64,000 bases of DNA from Thalia democratica. Its lineage: Eukaryota. The position numbers and the translations under genes were made by a program. Under the pieces are notes generated by a model. The model was not told where the DNA came from and ran no database searches. It saw nothing but the letters and a program-made list of their open reading frames with translations. Location: contig OZ241830.1 of NCBI GenBank assembly GCA_965202585.1, positions 54,002,001-54,066,000 of the forward strand, read 5' to 3'. Positions within the stretch are counted from its first letter, which is position 1. Each line of letters opens with the position of its first letter. Positions 35,576 to 49,989 of the stretch are shown piece after piece.

Positions 35576-35879
35576 CAGCGATTCTTAACCTGGGAAAAAT
35601 TTACCCCTGGAAGGTGAATTCCCTTGTTTAAGATGGCAAATTTTAACAAAGCAAGTTGTGAAAAAATATATTAATTAATTGTTTTTTCTATTTATAAGTT
35701 AGTATTTATTAAAAACTTTTATTAGTTAAACTAGCTAAGTAATTTCTTTTATTTTATAAGCTTTAGGTTTAAGAAATTATTTTTCCTCATAATTAAATAT
35801 TATCTTGTAAACTAAAGGTAAGTTTGGTAATTTAATTTCATAAAAGAGTAAAATATGAACAAAAGGTTAAGAACCGCTG
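35576..35879. mobile_element. hAT-Charlie-like MITE
   Basis: 16-bp TIR cagcg(a/g)ttcttaacct (15/16); TSD gtttagat/gtttaaat (7/8). Confidence 0.88.
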
Positions 35880-37416
35880 GTTTAAATATTCTTGATGAGC
35901 TTTATATGCGCATTAAAGTTTATTGTTTAGAATTTATTTTGAAACTTTTAATTTGGGTTTATTATACTTTAACTGTACTCAATTGTTGTATGACATACAA
36001 TTATGCACTCTGATATAATTTTTTGTTTGTTTACTATTAGAATGTATTTTTACTGTGTTACAATAAATTCAAGTTTACTTCTTTTAGTTACCTTACAAGA
36101 TGTACTTTTTCTTAGTTCTGGTTTTTGTATTTTTAAGTGTGTCTTTCAGCTTTAGTTACTAAGGTTTTTACGCCTAGGTTTATTGATAACAACAACCAAT
36201 AATCAATTTTTTAACGATACTTAATTAGTTATAAAAACTAAAAGTTTGTTTTTTGCAATCAGTTATAGCTGTGATTAACTATCACTTGTTGATAAAATTG
36301 TTAAACCTTGTATACTTGGATAATAACATAATTAAAGTTGTTTACATATATTGAAAACGAACAAGGTTTGTTCGAAAATCTTTAAACAAAAACAAAAATA
36401 TAAAACCAACTTTGCTCTATTGCTTTGTTGTCAAATGTTACGTATCTAGTAAAACAAATTGAAATTTAATTGTAACACAGGTTGTAAAAAGTTGTAGGAA
36501 ATGTACTATAACTATTAACAGAAAAACACATTTTACTGGACAATATCTTTATTACGTATTTTACATTACCAAAATTTAAGGTAACAATATAAAACAAAAT
36601 AATAATAGGTAAAGAATTGTTAACTTGGTTGTTTTTTTTAAAGATGAAAATTAATTATTTTTAAAATTATCTGTAGAGTAACAGACTAAGAAACTATAAA
36701 TTAATTGACAAGAAACAAGTTACTATTAACGTTTTAGTTTTTTACGTAAGTTTTTTTTTTTATTGCGCCTTTGGCTGTTCAGTTTACTCTTGATCTCTAA
36801 CGAAAACTTACTAAAAATAATTAGATTTTAGATGTAAAATATTTTTTTTTTCAATTAAAGTAAAAGAACAAGAAATGTCTGTTTTACTTGTATTTATATT
36901 AAAGTTTAAAGTTCTCAATTTCCACAGAAGTTTTTACAAATATGCACTTTACTTAATTCACATTTATAAGTACAGGAACTTATAATAGACCTTTAAAAGT
37001 TAAACTAATATGTAAACTTTATTTTGCTACCAGTTTAAGTCAAAACAAAAACAGATTTTAGTAAAAATTCAGAGCTTACAATAGCAAGTATAGGCTACTT
37101 TGTAAAAGTTAATATAAAATGTTTTAGATTTTCTTCTAAAAAACTTCTTTAATGATACGGAAACAAAAAAAATTCAAAATACTTTATTAAAAGGTTTTTG
37201 AGTCTTACAGCAGGGAGTACATAAGTTTTCAGAAAAAAAAAGCATAGCTGTTGTACAAAACAAAAACAAAACTGTTTAGTTTTATTATAATAGCAAATGA
37301 GGCTAAAAAATTCTATTCAAATTGTTCAAATTAAAACATTTTAAAGTAATTTTTTTTATATTTATATAGTTATTTTATAAATGTAATATAATTTGTATAA
37401 AAGATAGTTACAATTG

Positions 37417-37893
37417 TTTATTGAACGATAAAAAAAGGGCTCAAAATATTTTGTCCTTAGACTTAAATGATTAATTTTAAAGGTAAATGCAAAAAGTCAA
37501 AAAAAAAAAACCTTTAACCTTATGCAGATAAAGAATTTATTATTAACAAATTGTGAAGGTAAAATGTTTTTTTTTTTAATTAAAGTTTTAAAAATTCCAC
37601 TCTAAGTAAAACCCGCATCAAATAAACAAAGGTATATACTCAAATTATTATGCTTTATTAAGTAGTCAAAATTTCAGTAATAAATAACATTTAACGACGA
37701 TACTTTTTGATATTTAGCAGAAATTTTACTCAAACAAAAATGAAATATAGTAAGAAATACCACAGTATAAAAGATCAAGGTTTTGTTGTTGTTCATTGTT
37801 TCTTTAACGATAAAAAAAGCGCCCAGAAAGTTATGTCTAAGGACTTGGTGTACAAAGAAACAAAACTTTCGGTTATTGAGTCGTACAGCACAT
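37417..37893 (-). repeat. Two further copies of the short dispersed repeat (37417-37463 and 37800-37893)
   Basis: tt(a/t)(t)(g/t)aacgataaaaaaa..gc.ca.aa and ggacttggtgtacaaa..ctttcggttattgagtc. Confidence 0.6.
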
Positions 37894-40294
37894 GCTTATA
37901 AAAACAAGCAGTTTTAGTACACGATTTTTAATAATTCTGAAATCTAGAAAATATTTTTATTTGGTAATAGTTTACACTTTATAATAAACGCTTAAAAACT
38001 TGTATTACTCTAATTAATATAATAATGGTGTAGTTTTAAGAGTAAATTTTTAAATATCAGAAAATTTAACGTTTTGTTAGTGAATTTGATTTTGAAGTTA
38101 AACTTTTAAAACTAAAGTTTAGATTTTGTTTTTAAGTTCTACATATTTTTAGTTTAAACTATTTTCTTCAAAACAATAAAAAATATTTTGTATACTTTTT
38201 AAATTTACATACAATTTTAAGACGTTGAAATGAATTATTAACAACAACAAGGAAGTTTAATTTAACCAATTTAGCTTTGTTGACGTTAGCATAGATGCAA
38301 AAAATGCTTAAATTAAAAAACAAAACTAATTGGTTGTCAAAGCTGATAAACAGTTGTATGTTCACTTAGTGTCAAATACCAGTCAATAATATCAGACGTA
38401 CAACACGTTGAGGACGTGGCGTAATGGGCTGTCTGGTCTACCTTGTCAATTAAAAGTTTTAATAGAATGGATATTTTTAATAGAAAAATTGCTAAGCTAT
38501 CTTTTTGATTTAAGTTTTTAAGACAACATTTTTTACAAAAAAAAAGTGGTAGTTAGTTTATGTTAACTTTTTGAAATCAACTTAATATTTTCCCGACCTG
38601 TAATGTATATACTTCTATAACATATTGCCATATAGTTAAATTTGTGTATTAAAAATTTTGTTTGTTTACTCTAAGCATTAAATGAACTCTAAATATAATT
38701 GGAAAAAATTCTTTATTCAAAGATGACCGCATGCGCCGTGATCAAAGGTGTTCGGCTGACTTAAGAAAGTAAGAAAAAACTACAAAGAAGACAAAAGAGG
38801 GTAAGAAGCGTGCGACGGCCACATTTCACGGCACAAAAATGGGCTACTGGTAGTGCTGAGGGTAGAAAGTGACATTTACAACTTAAAAGCATGAAAATTC
38901 TATGTTACATAGTGAATTGCGTTTACCATGATTGTTATTTTCTTTGATATCTCGCTTGGTTCAGGTGAGTGCGACTTGACAGGCTCGCAACGATTTTTTT
39001 TCTGGTTTTTAAAGTTTTTTTGTTGAAATACAGCCAGGAATCATGTTGTTGATCTCGTAGTTGCTGTTTATCAGTAAAGTTTTATACAGATTACAAACAC
39101 CTATTTTTGTTAATAAATAACCTTTAAACTTAATATTGATGCTTATCAAAAAAGTTTTATTTACGTATTTTTTATTAATATTTGAAAATTTTGTCAAAAA
39201 AAAAACAAATACACAAAGCTTTTTTTTTAAGATATTGCTTATAATATTCTATTCATGTAAATATATTATTTAAATTATAAGTTTCAATAATGAAAATTCA
39301 AAGTTTCAGTTTTAATTAAACTAGCTATAAAAAGTGAGTGTACAGTTTCTAGTAGTTCAACAAATATTTGAAAAACAAGATTTTTAGTTTGCCATCCTTA
39401 AAAAGTAATCATATGTATATTTAAGCTTTAATAACTTCTTACATAAGCTAAAAAATATATAAATATAAAGTACAAATACTAATCAATGGTTAGGTTGATG
39501 TATTTAAGAAAATAATTATTATTACACACATAAAGATCCGAAGTTGTTAATATTAGTGACAGTTTTATTGCCTTCCGCTTTTTCAAGGTTGCAGCGAGAC
39601 TAATTTCAAATAAACATCGTAATTTTTTTGCCCATTCAGCATGTCACTAGAATTGTCATACATCAGAGTTTTTTCTTTTCATAAATCCGCCCAATTTCAT
39701 TTAGTTTTACTACATTCATTGTCTATGTTTTAGCGTGCAATACTATTTTTCTTAAGAGTATGAAGCAGCAAATTTAATTAAAAGTTTTTAAGTTTCAAGT
39801 TTCCTGACCATGTTAGTCTTTGATTTATATTTTGAATTTCAAATTTTATAAAATAAATAACGCTTATATTTTAAGTAGGGTGACGTATCTGCTTATTTCT
39901 AAACTTATAAAATTTAGTATGCCTATCTTAAACTATTTTTATTCTATTTCAAACGTTTACTTAAAAACTAAATAAACAAAACTTTTCGTTTCTATACATA
40001 ATATTTAAAAATGTCTTTAAGTTAGGTTTACAGCTTATTGATGAGGTTCTTAAAATAACTGTTAAAAAAGTAATTTTCTGATTAATAGCATAAAAAGATA
40101 ATCTAAATATTTTGCAAATTAAATTTGTTTCAACCATATATACTACATGAATCCTAATAAAATAATTAATAAACAATTAACTGCCAATTTTTAATTTAGT
40201 TCGATGATAATAAACTACTTAACTAACTGGTAAAAGTAAGTTTTAGTATAAAGTTCTATGGCTATTAACTAGTTTTAAAGTCCTGTGCAAAGCA

Positions 40295-40395
40295 TTAAAA
40301 GGTATCCGTAAGGTTTTTCGTACACCAGGTTCTAGAACCAAATATTTTGAGCGTTATCTTTATTTATCCTTCAATAAACTATAACTATATAACTA
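40295..40395 (+). repeat. Short dispersed repeat, copy e, with AATAAA and a (CTATAA)-like tail
   Basis: ggtttttcgtacaccaggttctagaaccaaatattttgagcgtt...caataaactataactatataact. Confidence 0.6.
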
Positions 40396-43333
40396 TTTAT
40401 TTAGGCTTTACTTTTTATATAGGCAATTACTATCATAATACTTTGTATACACTAACTATTCTCAAAAAAAGTAAAATCTGATTTTAGTGAAAGTTATAAC
40501 GAGTGGTATTAAGACTAAGGTAGTTTAATGTGATAAAATAGTCAATTTTAAATTTTTTTAATTGCGTTATTTTGATCATTTAGAAAATTTTTAGAAACTT
40601 AAAAAAAAGGAGTTTTTGTTATGGTTTTTATGTTATTTACTAGTTATAAATTACTACTAGGAATAAGAAACTTTTTCAACTTTAATATTTACATTTATAT
40701 TCTAAAAGTAAAGTTCATATTTACTATTTAAAATCAAATTAAGTTTGACAGTATATATCTAAGTGTTAAAAAGAGAACTATACTCAACTTTAAATATTAA
40801 CATTATTAACAATATTTGAACCACATATATTTATTTCACTCAATACAGTGTACACAATAAATTTTTTAATTAGTAGTAAGTTTTTACTTTTAGTATTTTT
40901 AAGCAGATGGTGAAAATTAAAACTTTATCAAACTTATGATAAAAAAAAAAGTAACCATATTTAATTGTTGTTTAAATTTAGTTTTATTGAAAAATAAACC
41001 GCTCGTTATTTATTTGTTTTGAAAGTTTTTTTTGAACTTTTTATTTGTGCTTACAAACCTTTAATTCTGTGATAACATACTTAGAAAAAAAACCAAGTTC
41101 TATAAAAATAAAAACTGTCTTACACTTGAGTTTGTCATTTACATTTAAAATTATTATTAAGTTAGATTAAGAAAAATATCGATATCGGATTAAAGCTTTA
41201 TAATTTTATATTACATCTTAAAACTTGAATAAACTTTAAAGATTCAGTTTTTTATTATTAGATAATTGGTACAAACTTAGATTTTTGTTTTATAAACAAT
41301 AAAGCAAATAAAGTTTGGTTAACGTTTTACACACGAACAATCATTTAAAGGTTTAATTAATCCTAGTGTTACGCTTTTATTTGATGATAACTAATTTCTA
41401 AAAATCAAAAAAAATATGGTAATTCTAAAAATAAGGACGCCATATGATCAACATAAATATTTATAATTAACAGTTTGCTATCAACTTTCTCTGTTTATTT
41501 TTCAACGTATAGAATATATTATGCTTATGATTATTGTCTCATGTACAAGAATAAAAAATAAGTTAAGTTTTATATAAATAATTTGACATTATTTTATTTA
41601 ATATACTTTAAGAATATTTACTATTTGATGTAAATTTTTTTTATAGAACTTTTATAAATTCAACCATAAAAAGTAATTTTAGATAAAATCAAAAAAAAAA
41701 ATAGGACATAACACGATTTTACAGTTTTTTTTTATATTGTACATATTTGAAGCTTACACGATTAGAAGAACAAAACAAACAGTTAATAGATGTTAAATAA
41801 AAGGATATATTTTAACAATAACCTTTTTCAAGGTACATTAAATTAGTCACACCAAAAATTTCAGTCAAAATTACTGTACGATTTGTAATTTTCTTGACCG
41901 TATGTACAAATATTTCATACTAAGAGATACATTACGACGTTTTGTACAGTTTTGTGTATTACACGGTTATTATGAAGATAAATAAGGCATTTGTTATAAC
42001 AAATTCTAAAACAAAATGCCTCAATTTATTCCTAAATTAGCATTAAAACAAATATTAAATAAGTTTAATATATAAAAATATTTCTAAAGTAAAAAGGTTC
42101 AGTTTAATTAAATTTATTTAGAAAAATTAAAACAATTAAACTATCCATTTTTTTATTTGATGATAGTGGTAGAAAGTATAGCTTAGTCTAATTGAAAAAC
42201 TAAAGAAATATCTTTAAAGCAGTTTATTTATCAATTCATATCAAAATCATGTTTCTTTTTATGGTTATAAATGTTTTATGAATTTAGTCTTGTCTTCAAA
42301 ACAGTTCACACACGCAGAAAATACTTATCGTATTTATTTTTTCCCTTTTTTGTTTTTTAATTTTCTAAACATAAAATTATTTTTTTAATTGAGGAATTGT
42401 AAATAAATAGAAATTTCCTTTAAACTTGGTTGAAATTAAAACAAAAAAATTATAATGAAACTTTTATAAGTAGAGTTAAAAGTTATGCAAAGTAAAGTAA
42501 ACTATCATTTTTTAAACAAACAATAAACTATTAATAGGATTTTAACACTGTTTTGGTAAAAAAAATATAGAATTGAATATACTTAGATGAATTTAAAAGC
42601 ATGTTTAAGAAAATACCTCGTTAAGAACAAGATTATTTTTTCACAATTTAAAAAACTGAGCAATCTAAAGTAATTATTGTATACTATTGTATTTTATTAT
42701 AAAAAAACATATGCTGTGGTATAAAGTAAGTTTAGTATACGTAACTGAAAATTTATGAAAAATCTTAAAAAAAAAATATATAAAGAACAAATCATATAAA
42801 AAACATATAAATATTAAAAAATAATTAATTGGTGTAAAGCTTTATTATTACTTTTTTTCGTTTTGTAGCTTAAATTAATAAAAACCTGACCAAAATTTAC
42901 AACAAGTATAGTTGACACATAACTGGATCAAAAACCAGCTTATAATTTATTTTAAAGCGAGAAAAAACAGAGCGCCACGAGTTTTTAGCGTCTTTTTACT
43001 CAATTAAAACAAAAAAGAACACTATGGCTGTTCATCTCCAAACTTTCCCTCGCTGATGCTTTTGCGTTATATTTGCTTGGCAGGCAGGTAAGGCGAGCCA
43101 ACTGTCGAGGATCCAGTCAACTGTTTGTCTAATGTTACAAGCCATTATTAATCAGTCGGCTAAGGACCTTACCAAACCTACCGTTTTGCCGACAGCGGCT
43201 CAGCATCATCCCTTGTATGTTTTCTTTTGCAACTCGATCGATTTTTATTTCTTTTACGTGTAGCAGCATTTTATCTTATTTAGCAACTTTTCGTTCGAGT
43301 TCAAGCAAAACTTGGACTCTAGAGACCTAGCGA

Positions 43334-43347
43334 GTAACCATAGAAAC
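43334..43347. promoter_or_regulatory. RFX X-box-like site GTAACCATAGAAAC
   Basis: Fits GTNRCC-N2-RGNAAC within a GC-rich island. Confidence 0.5.
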
Positions 43348-46300
43348 AGACGACGCGGTGTCAAGCAGCAGACCTCTTTTTTTTCTAAACAACTATTATT
43401 TTTGGTCGGCGCGCCGTGTTTTGTGATGAAACAGTGGGATGGGTAATGGGAAAATATTAAAATTATCTCCTGCGGCGAACTTAAATGGATGGCAGTGTTT
43501 GTGTCCAAACAACAAGGGCACTATGGATAAAATTCGAGCTACATTTATTAAAAATGGTAAAAGTTAAAAAGATATACACATGCATAAACTTTTGTTTTTT
43601 ATCTTTTAATGCACTTACTATGTTAAAATAATATTTTATACATAATTAGTTAAAATTTTAGTTGTTATATTCTACAAAAAAATCGGAAAAAAATAATATG
43701 TTTGTAAAAATGAGTGAAGCTTAAGTTTATTTCTATACATAACTTTTATTTAAACTTCGTAAAACTAAAACAGTGTTTAACTATTTAGAGAATACTTAGC
43801 GAGCATAAAAGTTCATCCTGTTTCCAAAAGCTGAAAAAATATTATTTTTTCACCAAGCTTTACTATACTGGATTACGCTGCTCATTTGTGGTGCGGTCAA
43901 AAAATGACATTATTAATACCCCTGGGATCAGCACAGAGCAGAGTCTAGCAGCGACAATCGAACATGCAAACGAGTTAGAAAAGGTGAAACGTTTCATTTG
44001 CAAGGTCAAGTCACGCGCTATGAGCGCGCCCCGTGACTTCGTAATTCGAACATCAATACATTAGCCGTGCTTGAGCGCGTCACCCCTCACTATGCGCTGC
44101 AGCAGCCGGCTAGACCGATTGCAGGCGACTTTTTGTTTGAAAGCTTCCTTGGTCAAAGTCATTGCGACGTGCGTCCTCAGAAGTTATTACTTTTATTGAT
44201 CTTCTAGCAAACTTTAATGTTTTTATTCAAAAAGTAATGTTTAATTTGCGTGTTAAATTAAAAATATATGTGTGTTTTCAATACAATTTAATAAATAAGC
44301 TGTAAGTCTTGTTTTAATAAAGTTTATTATATTTATAACTTAAACAAGTTTTATCATGGTTTTAGAATACTTTTCCGTTTACTTATGAACTTATGATTCA
44401 GTATTTATTAACTCTATCAACCGTTCATATTTTAAGTTTTAAATAATATTAATTTTTTTCTTATACTCGTTGAAAAATTTTCAAAGTCTAGAAACATTTT
44501 TACTAAGTCTTTCATAAAACTTGAATAGGTAAATAAAACATTAGGATTGATTGCAGCTTTTAAAATAAGTTATTGGTAATAAATTAATTTATAGTCTAAA
44601 TCTAGCTAAAATTAACTTAATATAAACTAAACTTATGTTTTGTACAAATCATAAGTAGTTTCAATCAAGCAGTTTTAGCAAAACAAGCTTATAACTAAGT
44701 ATTATACAGAAATAGAACTAACTGTTGTACATAAATAGTCAAAAAAATTCACTAAGTCGTAATGTTTCAATGATTTAACGCTATAGTCAATTAAAAATTT
44801 GGATGTTTTCAATACTTTAAAGAAAGTTTAATTATATTAGTAGGTATAATTATAAAAAATAATAAATTCGACAATGAATTTTAATTTTAAGTACCGTAAA
44901 TAAATGGATCACATTGTATTGACAAGCTAAAGTGTTTTTGTTTTTTATATACTTAATTTATGCTATATATTCACAAAATACTTCACTAACTTTTAAATAT
45001 TCATCGATTGCTTTATCATGTATTAGTTTAAAATGTTTATAGAAACTTGAGCGCAAGTGTTTCACGGCAGTTTCAAGTAAATTGGTAAGCTTCTAAAATA
45101 GTTATTGTAAAACTAGATTATTATGAAGGACATTAATTTTGAATTAAAATAATAAGGTACAAGGTTATATTTGAATTTTAATTTGGTAGTTTGTAAAATT
45201 ATTATCAACAGTATATCTGTTATGGTCTTAAGTTCTCAAACAAAACAAATGACCATCAAAGTCTTATAAAAGTTTATAAAATGGCTGCTACAAAGCATTG
45301 AGTTAATTAGATTACTTTAAGAGTTGACGTCTTGTTACTACTTAAAAAGGTTTAAAAAGTACTTGAAATGTTTTTATTTTAATATTTTAGTTCGGTATGT
45401 TGAATTCTAATGTTAATTTTTTTTCTACTTTTTCATTAAACTTTCCATAAAATGAAATTTATTTATATTTCTAGTTTTTGTGAAATAAAAAATATAAAGT
45501 AGTCTAGTTTATAAGAAATCGATTCAAGAATGTTAGATGTGACAATGACCAATGTAACATAGTCATTTTAGTTAAAAGATTATTTAGGACATAGCTACTA
45601 AAAGTAAACATTAAAATTATTCTTATACAGCATAGTTTAATAAAATCTTATGTTGTTTTTAAAACAAAACTAGTTTTTTGAACTGTATGCAATTGAGTTT
45701 TTAAATCTAAACATAAAATAAAAACTGAAATACTTATTCAAAAAAAAATGTTAAACAAGAATTTTATTAAATTAATTAGTTTTTTCAATGCTAGACTATA
45801 AAGTCTACTAAAAGACTTGAACAAAACTAGTTGATTGTTTTATACTTGCTTTGTTTGATTACAGATGACAACAGTAGTTCGAATCTTATAATACCTACCA
45901 TTTATGATCAATTGTTATAATGTAAAAGTGTTTTAACTTATGTATATGTACATTAAAACGTAAACTCGACTAAAAGCGTTGTTTTAAGATTCTGTTCATA
46001 ACTTTGTAGAAGTTTAACTCTTTTATTTCTTTTATGGTATGAATTTATAATCCATAGCACTTCATTAAGTGCTAAGTAGTATTATAAGCTTACTTATTGT
46101 TTTTACCGTTTTGTTCACTTTTAGCATTTATCGAGACTTTTTTTTTATAACAACCGCAGTTGATTTTTGAAGTAATAAAATACTACATTGTTAAAAAATT
46201 AAAAAACAGCTAAATTCTTAATTTTTACGTTTATTGTCAATAAAAGTATTATTCTTATACCAAACAAAATCAAGCTAAAGTTTAGAACTTTTAATGAAAA

Positions 46301-49300
46301 TAAAAAAATAAATTAAAACTAGTATAACGTTATTAGTATACAAAAAGTATTTACAATGTTTTACTACAAGCTAAGCATTTCAAATAAATTTAAGGTCTTA
46401 AGATAACAACAATTTTATAAATATATTTAACTTACACAACAAAAACATCAAAAAAAGTAAATTCAGTTACGAGCTTAAAATACTATTAAATACTATCGTT
46501 GTTGAGCCAAACCAAAGCTAAGTTTACTTGGCGTTTAGTGTATTGGACAAAAACAGGTAGTAGTTGTTTTTGTTGATGAAGAATAGAATTGTCTGACTGG
46601 TTTTTTGTTTAGGCAAACTTTTATTGTCATTCATGCATGCTTTGAATTTAAAGTATACTTTTTTTGTTATTTGAATCTGCTTCATGTAATTGTTTATATC
46701 AAAACAGACTCCATACGTATGTTGTACTCAAGGTGTTAACAACTATTTTAGCTGTAATATATTCTAACTTGCTAAAAAAAACACATAAAACAAAGCTTTA
46801 CCAACACATTTTCAAATTCTACTTAAAAATAAAAAGTTCTTGTCTGTTTTGTGTTTTTAATATCATTGAGTAAAATTATTTAATGTAAAAAGTACCCGAT
46901 AAAAAAGTACTACTTTATAATACCTAAGAAACTTTTAAAGCAGTAAATCAAACTATTTGCTTGATAAACACTTGGATATCCGAACTGAATAGCTGTAAAA
47001 GGTTGCAGTTACTAATTAAATAAGTTGTGATGATGCAATGACCTCGACTATGTTCATAAATAGATAAAGATCTTGCCAAGTATACAATATACTTTAGTAA
47101 GTTGCATAAATGACCTTTAATCTGTATTAATAATTCAATAATTGAGCTATTAAAGTATAAGGCTAGCCGGCGTGGTTTAGGGAGGCGTAAAATCAATAGA
47201 TACATTTTTGATGTTAAACTTATCTTTCTACTTATGTACGGGCAAAAGTATAAAATTTGAATAGTCTTTCTCTTTTTAAGTACAGTTTAATTAAATCCTA
47301 AAAACTTAAAACATATCTCAATGGTTTTGTTGACACCTCATGAATTACTTCGAGCAAAGGTCACGAAAACAATGATAATGATGCACTGTCGCTACCTTAG
47401 AGCTGTCTGATGGCGATGACAAATAAAAACAAAAGAAAATCAAAGCCCATCCACTTGAAATATGACGTCACCAAAAAGTCAAAACTTAAGCCGGTCTTAT
47501 TGAAGTTGCGCCTAAGCAAGAGAGCGACTCACCACAAGAGATGAAGATTGAAACTAAAAAACAGGAGACGATAAACAGAAGCAAAATACTTGTAAATGAA
47601 CTTGTTTGATTGATTTTCAATTCTATCAATATTACAGCTACCCCCATAAGTTTCAAATGGTAGGAGACTTTTCTTAAAGGTTTTCCTTAGGATAAACCCA
47701 TCACAATTCTCGAAAACAATTCTATTTTGTCTATTGTTTAATGAAATGTTCAAAGTTTTCATGTAGCTTAATTTACGATACCGGCAAAAATTAAAGATTC
47801 TTATTAACACAAAAACTCTTGGTATATTTAGATGTCTTGATACTACTCTTTATAAATATATTAGCTTTTATTATAATACTAAGAGTAAATTTTGTAATTA
47901 TCTAAGAATTAATTTAATTAAAAATGTTTAAACTTATTAAATTTTTTAAACTTAAAATAAAAGCATATTATTTATACAATTGATCTATTTTTTTAGTGTC
48001 ATAAAAAAAGTTATGAAATGTTTTTACCAATAACTCAATCAATATAAATTCAAGGAGTATAATTAAGATATAACCTTAAGAAAAAGTTGTGAAACTTGTT
48101 GGCATTTTCTTTTCACGTTATTGTAAAAAAAATTTTCTTTTGATCCGATTTTTAAACCAAACCCATAACTTTAAAAAGTTTTTGAACATATTTAAAGTAA
48201 AAAGTATAATACGTTACGAAATACTTGTGTCAGTTTTTATCATTTTAATTTTAAGTTGGAATTTAAATTTGATCGAAACTTTTTTTGAACAAAAAGTTCT
48301 TAATTCTTAAACAATGAAGCTATAGCTTATTTTATGAGCAAATATTACACTCAATTTGTCAGCAGATTTGGTAAATTTAAATCTAAACAAATATTTTAAC
48401 TTAATAATGTACTGTGTCCCAAGAGTAAAAAAGGTATATGTAAAAAACAAATTTTATTTCTTTAATTTACTTTTTCATTAATTTCAATTATTTACTAGAA
48501 GAATTGATAAAATAATGGTTTTACAGAAATTTGACTTTAAAACTTAACAAATCAATAAGTCAAAAAGACTTTATATAATGTTTTTTTCACAGTAAGTTTA
48601 CGGAAACTTAACATATCTCAACAACAAATATCAAACAAAAAACGTACAGGAAAAATTCAACTAAATAAAAGAAGAACTTAAAAAGTAAAAAAAATATGAT
48701 AGGAAACGTTTCACAATAATCTAAAACTTATCAAAAAAGTGTTAATAAATTTTTTTAGTTGTAAGTTTTGTTTATATAAAAGCATTGTTATTTTACTGAC
48801 TTTTTATAAAGTTTATGAAGTTTAGTTTGAATACGTTTTTAAGACAAAAATAATTGTTTTATGTTTTTGTAAACTCTGTCAATAAACAGTTAAATTCTCC
48901 TACCAAACATGTTAGTTTTTTATACGTTAAATTTTTATTCTTAACATTATTACAGTAGTAATTACCCGTTGAAAAGAAAGAAACGAATAATTTTATTAAG
49001 ATGAAACAACGATTATATTTTCCTGTCTTAAAATAACATGCTGTATAAATATGATGTTCATCTGACTCCATTAAATGTAGTATATTAATGTAAAAAACGT
49101 TTATATGTATTACAAAAACTTTTTATCTATTTATTTTAACAATTTTATTAAAAATATTTAACATAAACTAATTTTTTTTTACCAACATTCATCAACTTTG
49201 TATTTTAAACAAGATTAGAGTAAATAAATTATTAAAATATTTTTCACTTTTTTAAATAGTATTGTTAAGTTTTACAGTTATTGATTTCAAAACATGTATA

Positions 49301-49989
49301 CTGAATAAACACAAAGTACTTAAACTCTAAAACACCTATAAAACAAGTTTTTCGTGTTTTTTATTCAGTTAATTAGTGCTATCGTCAGAAAACACACTTT
49401 ATATTGAAAAAAGTTTATTAAATTTTGAGATGACTTAAACAAAGTTAGATGATTTTTGAGAAACTAATTTCAAGTAAAAAGTTCCTGTATTTAACAAAAC
49501 AACTAATTTTATATTGTTATAATACTAGTAGTATTTAAAAATATTCTAAATGATCTCTTGTGTATTAAATCAGTTAACTAGTAGTAATAAATAAGCTCAG
49601 GTATTTTTAAATCTAATCTAGCAATCAGTTTACAGTTTATCAAGTTTTAGATTAACATTATTTTAAAAGATTTAAGTCAGGGTAAAAATATTCATAAACT
49701 ATAGCTAAATGCTTTATTTATATATGGAAAAATAATTTGTAATTTTCATAATTGTTTGAAAAAATATCGTTTTAATAACTTATTAAATAATTATTTACAA
49801 ACATAGAAGATAAGACATAATCATCATGTATGTCATATTGTATGTTCGTTATAAGTACTATCTAATTCAGATGACTTTATTTGTAAAATTTAAAAAAAAT
49901 ATTATAATATTTTTATCCAAAAACAATTTTCCATAACTGGTTTGTCAATAGCTTTATAGCTCTGAAATTAAAACGCAAAAGCTATGATA

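Noticed and set aside
37707-37901. ORF with an RRM-like look (GFVVVHCFFNDKKSAQKV)
   Set aside because: It is the antisense reading of the dispersed tail repeat; other copies do not keep the frame
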